Translations under genes and position numbers: made by a program
In this document: one piece after another, positions 57,960 to 64,000 of the stretch
How positions within the stretch are numbered: the stretch's first letter is position 1
How the letters are laid out: each line of letters opens with the position of its first letter
Source: Octopus vulgaris
Taxonomy: Eukaryota
Assembly: GCA_951406725.2 (NCBI GenBank)
Contig: OX597820.1
Location: forward strand, 78,616,001-78,680,000
DNA length: 64,000 nucleotides
Reading direction: 5' to 3'
The notes under the pieces: model-generated
The model's input: the letters and a program-made list of their open reading frames with translations, nothing else
Told to the model about the DNA's origin: nothing
Database searches by the model: none

Positions 57960-59175
57960 GCAGCGAACTGTCAGAATCGATACCGCGCCGGGCAACATGC
58001 TCAGCGGCATTTCGTCCGTCTTTATGTTCTGAGTTCAAATTCCTCCGAGGTCGACTTTGCCTTTCATTCTTTCGGGGCCTATAAAATAAGTACCACTTGA
58101 GCAATGGGACCCATGTAACTGACTTTCCCCCTTCTCCAAAACTGCTGGCATTCTACCAAAATTTGAAACCAAGGATATTAAGACGGTTAGCACGTCGGGC
58201 ACAATGCTGTGCTGCATTTCGCTCGCCTTTACATTCTGAGTTCGAATTCCGTCGAGGCCGACTTCGCCTTTCATCCTTTCGGGGTTGATAAAATAAATAC
58301 TAATTGAGCACTGGGCTCGATATAATCGATTCCAAAATTTTTGTCCTTGTGCCGCAATTTGAAATCAACATTTCGCTATGTTCATTGTCTGAGTTCAAAT
58401 TCTACCTCGGTCGACTTTGTGTTTCATCTCACTCAGATCGATGAAATGAAAACCAATCAAATGCTAAGGTTCATTGGAAAGACTTCGAGATTTATAATTA
58501 TTACTGCTGACACGGCAAGGCGGCGAGCTAGCAGAATCGTTAGCATACTGGACGAAATGCTTAGCAGTATTTCGTCTGCCGCTAAGTTCTGAGTTCAAAT
58601 TTCGCCGAGGTCGACTTTGCCTTTCGTCCTTTCGCGGTCGATTAAATAAGTACCAGTTACGCACTGGAGTCGATATAATCGACTTAATCCGTGTGTCTGT
58701 CCTTGTTTGTCCTCTCTGTGTTTATCCCCTTGTGGGTAGTAAAGAAATAGGTATTTCGCCCGTCGTTACGTTCTAAGTTCAAATTCCGCCAAGGTCGACT
58801 TTGCCTTTCGTCCTTTCAACGTCAATAGAATAAGGATCAGGGATCGATATAATCAACTTACCCCACTCGTCTGTAATTGCTGGCTTTGTGCCAACATGTG
58901 AAACCAATTTTGAATATAGCCCTGCCGTTCAGGAGTCTGATATTTTATTTCTATGTCTAAAATCGAGTCGGCGAGCTGGCAGAATCGTTAGCACACCGAG
59001 TGAAACGCTTAGCAGTATTTCGTCTGAATTTACGTCCTGAGTTCAAATTCCGCCGTGGTCGACTTTGCCTCTCATCCTTCGGGGGTCGATAACTTAAGTG
59101 CCAGTTACATACTGGGGGCGATCTAATTGACTGGCCCCTTCCCCAAAAATTTCGGACCTTGTGTCTAGAATAGAA
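57960..59175 (+). mobile_element. Cluster of SINE family B copies of different ages
   Basis: At least six gagttc(a/g)aatt...gtcgactt units. The last copy has TSD atgtctaaaatcga (58953-58966 and 59181-59194). Confidence 0.85.
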
Positions 59176-59630
59176 CTATCATGTCTAAAATCGAACTACC
59201 ATGTCACGTTCTTTTCGACACATTTACATATAGAATCATTGGGAAGAACCAACTGCTATTTTGAACAGAGGGTGGCAGCACCATCTGATTGAATAATACA
59301 CCAACAAGCATTTACTGAAGAATAATCTTTGAAATTGAAAGCCCAATAAAAAATGTTTTCTGCCAAACTAATTTCTATTTCTGTTTCTTCATCATTTGCA
59401 TACTCAGGCATTATTATTTTTATTGCTGCTGTTATTGTTGTTGTTGTTGTTGTTGTAGTACTCCAGTTCCACATATTACCATTTTCTTTTGAACTGTTTT
59501 GCAAATTACAGTTAATCGATTTATCCTCGTGAGACGCAGTTTCTAAGCAAACTGACTTGAAGAAAAGACAATCTGCGACTTACTGCTACCTCAGCACTTC
59601 AAGAGAATCATGCGAAGTAAAGGTTGTTCT

Positions 59631-59692
59631 AGAAGTAGTAGTGGTAGTAGCAGCAGCAGCAGCAGAAGCAGCAGCAGCAGAAGCAGCAGCAA

Positions 59693-59740
<48 letters not shown>

Positions 59741-59753
59741 CACCACCACCACC

Positions 59754-59788
<35 letters not shown>

Positions 59789-59987
59789 CAGCAGCAGCAG
59801 CAGTAGTGGTGGTGGTGGTGATGGTAGTAGCTGTAATGATGGTGGTGGTAGTGGTAGTGGTGGGGGGATGGTGTTGGTGTAGTGGTGGTGGTGGTAGTAG
59901 TAGTAGTAATGGTGGTGGTGGTGGTGGTGGTAGTAGTGGTGGGGGATGGTGTTGGTGATAGTGGTGGTAGTAGTAGTAGTAGTAGTA
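59631..59987. repeat. Compound trinucleotide repeat (GTA/GCA/GGT)
   Basis: Read directly from the sequence. Confidence 0.95.
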
Positions 59988-60114
59988 AGCGCCATCATTG
60001 TAGTAGAAGTAGAGTAAATAGGACCGTTAGTTTGAGATAGATCGTTAGTAACTTGTCATTAATATTTAGCAAGAACTTGATACAACAATAAACATTTCTG
60101 TATGGTTTGTGTTC

Positions 60115-60189
<75 letters not shown>

Positions 60190-60549
60190 TATCTCTCTGA
60201 TATCTCTCTTATCTGATAGTCTCACTCACTCACTCGCTCGCTCCTTCCCGCTGTCTTTCGTTCATAATCTTCCTTCCTTCAATTTCTTTCATTTTTCTCT
60301 CTTTTGCTGTAACATGTCAAGGAGCCCTGGTCACTCCGAACTTCAAAGAAAAGCGGGGAAAAATGAATTATTAATTAACGATGAGAAAAGGAAAACAATG
60401 CGTCGAAAAACAAGAGAGATACAGGGCGAGAATAAGATGTGTAAACACTGTTCCTACCTTTGATTGAAACGAGCAAATATTTCGCATTAATAATTGTAGT
60501 ACCAATGCCTACACACTCAGAGACACCGGCGCACGCACAGTGCACACGT

Positions 60550-60609
<60 letters not shown>

Positions 60610-60676
60610 TACATATATATACACACATATACATATATATATACACACACACACACATATGTATATATGTATATAA

Positions 60677-60727
<51 letters not shown>

Positions 60728-60730
60728 CAC

Positions 60731-60761
<31 letters not shown>

Positions 60762-60959
60762 CATATATACATATATATATATATACATATATACATATAT
60801 ATACACACATATATATACACACACACGCACATATGTATGTACATGTATATACACAGACACAGACCCAGACACAGACACACATACACACGCACACACACAC
60901 ACACACAGACATATATATATATTACAGAAGATTTGGGATTTGAGACAAGATTTGGGGTT

Positions 60960-62125
60960 ATCAGTCTGTATATGAAAAGTAAAGTGTTGATCCATTAAAT
61001 GCTTCATAATGATATATGTGTGAGATAAATATTCGATATGGGAGAGAAATGTCTGCCTGTTCGGTAATAAAAACTTGTTGAGATGCATACATCTTGTAAA
61101 AGTTGAGATGCATACATCTTGTAAAAGTCTCTGGTCTTTGAGTCTGAAAGCACATTGTGCTGTAAGGACCCAAGAAGAAGCATGGACACGTTACTTACAG
61201 AAATGGGGATGTCTTTGCGATGGTGGACCGATCTGGAACGTCTTCCTAGTTCTATCATGAACATCAAGAAAGAAGAACCATCTTTTTGTTACGGGACCCC
61301 ATCAAAAATAGCTGAATCGACTGCTCCCCTATCTACAGTAAGATTAGGTTCATTGTTACTGGACTTATTCAAAACGTTTTCTGAAGCGTCTTTCAAAATT
61401 TTTGTAACTAAATTATTAACTTGTGTGCACATAGGTTGAGCGAGGCTATATTCTTGAGAGAGGTCAAGTCCCTCACCATTTATATTATCGTGAAAATCAA
61501 TGAAGCCTGCATTGTAGATTTTTACTGTGTACCTTATTTCCACGACAGGGTACATCTGTTGACTTTAAAACTTGAAACCTTTGCAATGTCATCACGGAGT
61601 TAAAGCTGAAGTAGACCGAATGGACCACAAGTTTTAACAACATGATAAAAAAATTATCAAAACATCTTCGTTGCTTGAAACACCGAAGCTTCTACCTATC
61701 TTTCATCCCCCTGAAAATCATTCTCCTACAATCCAATCATAAACATATTTCTGTATTGATGGTGGAAACTTAACCATATACAATTCGTAGATCTTGAAAT
61801 TAATTTGAACCTCGTACTTAATGGAGAAGTAGAAAGAAGCATTTATACTGACTAATGTGTACATTGTACACTCTTTCAATGACATTGTCAAAACGTATGC
61901 CAAGTTAGTTTTCAGCATAGGCACTTTGCTTTCTTCGTCATCATTGCTTGTTGTTCCTTTTATAATAGCATAGAATCTGATGATACAGAAAAGATTTTAC
62001 AAAGGGATTTCACTGGCACTCCTTTTGGAAAAGGATGTAAGCGTTGTATCTCTTGGAATTTGTGCTTATTGGAAAGTAATTGCTTGTCTGGCCATTTTCC
62101 AAGTGAACAGCAAGTCGTTCAGTGC
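60960..62125 (-). mobile_element. Degenerate Helitron RepHel fragment
   Basis: ERLAVHLENGQ, PRDTTLTSF, CQ*NPFVKSFLYHQI..YY and RRKQ...GIRFDNVIERVYNVH...CFFLLL match the Helitron LAVHLENGQ / TTLTAFF / GRVYTVHP / CFFLRLLL series. Confidence 0.8.
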
Positions 62126-63463
62126 TCTCTCTCATTCTCCCTCTCTCTCTTTCATTCCTCTCTCTCTCTCTTTCATTCCTCTCTCCGTATAACACAAACA
62201 CAAATTATATATTCATATATATATATATATTTATATATATACATACATTCGTACATACATATATATCTATATATATATATATATATATATATACATACGT
62301 ACAGATCATTTATATATGGTTCCATTAAGAGAGAGTGTTTTTGATTGTGTGCGCGCGCATGTGTGTGTGTGTGTGTGAGTTTACGCTTAAATCTATTTTC
62401 ATTTAATGGATCTGCATTTAAAGAAAGATGTTATGTATGAGTGACTGCATGATAGTGTGACGCTACTGTATTCCATCAGGCGTGCCGCACTACCTGTTGT
62501 CAAGACCCCATGGCAGTATATTCCGACAGATGTGTCACTTAATGTGTAATCTCAGCCCCTTTTATGTCGACACAGATCGACATAAGATTGAATCGAGTCA
62601 GTACACCACTGATAATATTTTAACGAACCTCCAAGAATAAAAGGAGAAAAAAACTGGCCTTGGTGGGATTTGAACGCAAAGACCCTGAAATCGGAAGATA
62701 TATAGCTTGAACAAATACCGCAAGGTATTTTGCCGGTCAGTCAAATGATTTTACCGATTCACTGCTCTTATTTCTTACCCGGGCACAACAATTAAAAGAC
62801 CTTCGTTCAGGGGTTGAGGACTCATTATATTGCCCTTAGCACTTGACTGCTACTTATTTTAACGACCCTGGGAGAATATTAGACAAAGTCGACTCCGAAG
62901 GGGAAATAAGTGCAACAATACATTGTTGTTAAGATTGGAATTAAACGAATATGCTAGCTATGATGGACTAAAGAAGTTCATTGCCGGCAGCTTATCTCTT
63001 TCTTCGGAGACATTGGCTTTCACGTCGACATTGAAAACAATTACATTGTTTAAGTTTAAAATATACAATTTTACTCCAGAGCTTTATAGAAAAGTGAAAC
63101 CTCAGGCGAAGTGGAAAACGGAGAGGAAATTTTGCATTCATTTCTAAAGAAAACATTTCTTGCATTGAAATTGTCTTATTCACCCAAAGACTTGGCTATT
63201 ACAAGCAAGCTCTGAATACGTGTGTGTGTGTGTGTGTGTGAATGATTGTGTGTATGTGAGACAGAGAGAGACAGACAGACTGACAGAGACTGAAGGAGAG
63301 AGAGTGTGTATGTATGTATGTGCATATGTATGTAATATACGGTTATGTGTTACGTATGTATTTGATTTTATGTATGAATGTACATATGTATATTCTACAT
63401 ACTCACACACGAGCACGCACTCACACACGCGTACACACTCACACACACACGCATATGTCCCTA

Positions 63464-63517
<54 letters not shown>

Positions 63518-63584
63518 GTGTGTGTAAATATGTGTATATATATATATATAGTTTCAAAATAAATGTATGTTTATATTCTGTTTA

Positions 63585-63637
<53 letters not shown>

Positions 63638-63644
63638 TTCTTCT

Positions 63645-63790
63645 TTTCGTTTCAGTCATTTGACTGTGGCCGTGCTGGAGCACCGCTTTTAGTCGAACAA
63701 ATCGACCCCAGCCTAGTACTTATTCTATCGAGTCTTTGGCCAAACCGCTAAGTTGCGGGGACGTAAACACACCAGCAACAGTGGTGGACA

Positions 63791-63852
<62 letters not shown>

Positions 63853-64000
63853 CATACACAACGGGCTTCTTTCAGTTTCTGTCTCCCAAATCCACTCACA
63901 AGGCTTTGGTCGGCCCGAGGCTATAGTATAAAAACACTTGCCCAAGGTGCCACGCAGTAGGACTGAACCCGGAACCATGTGGTTGGTAAGCAAACTACTT
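63645..64000 (-). mobile_element. SINE family A, running off the window end
   Basis: Reverse complement of the 3' half, a microsatellite and most of the head. Confidence 0.9.

Noticed and set aside
59256-59504. 82-aa ORF, and the similar 62923-63147 and 13140-13400 regions, as host exons
   Set aside because: There is no recognisable host domain or paired splice sites. At most they faintly resemble hAT transposase C-termini, too weakly to call.
59557-59998. Poly-Ser/Gly or poly-Val/Ala low-complexity protein exon
   Set aside because: It is a compound trinucleotide microsatellite open in several frames, with no convincing splice sites or domain.

Overview
This is AT-rich, microsatellite-dense eukaryotic DNA. 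The two dominant tRNA-derived SINE families look like those of Octopus, which is an inference from recognising the repeats. Nearly all ORFs in the supplied track are microsatellite or SINE read-throughs, and I see no intact host gene. The main unexpected feature is not in the ORF track: two consecutive minus-strand exons (29925-29872 and 27933-27851) encoding part of the BAR domain of an ASAP-family ArfGAP. The second exon has a destroyed splice donor (ATAAGT). Both lie in a CpG-poor island of about 3 kb bracketed by inverted SINE heads, so this is probably a relocated, pseudogenised gene fragment. The rest is layered transposon history: a young Tx1-like LINE inside a (GATA)n array, R4/Dong-like RLE retroelements at (TAA)n, CR1/L2-like and RTE-like fragments, a full-length DD37D mariner relic, MITEs, three Helitron remnants, Penelope-type repeats carrying hammerhead-ribozyme cores, long palindromes and a 32-bp minisatellite. 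All family assignments come from motif recognition by eye; no database searches were run.
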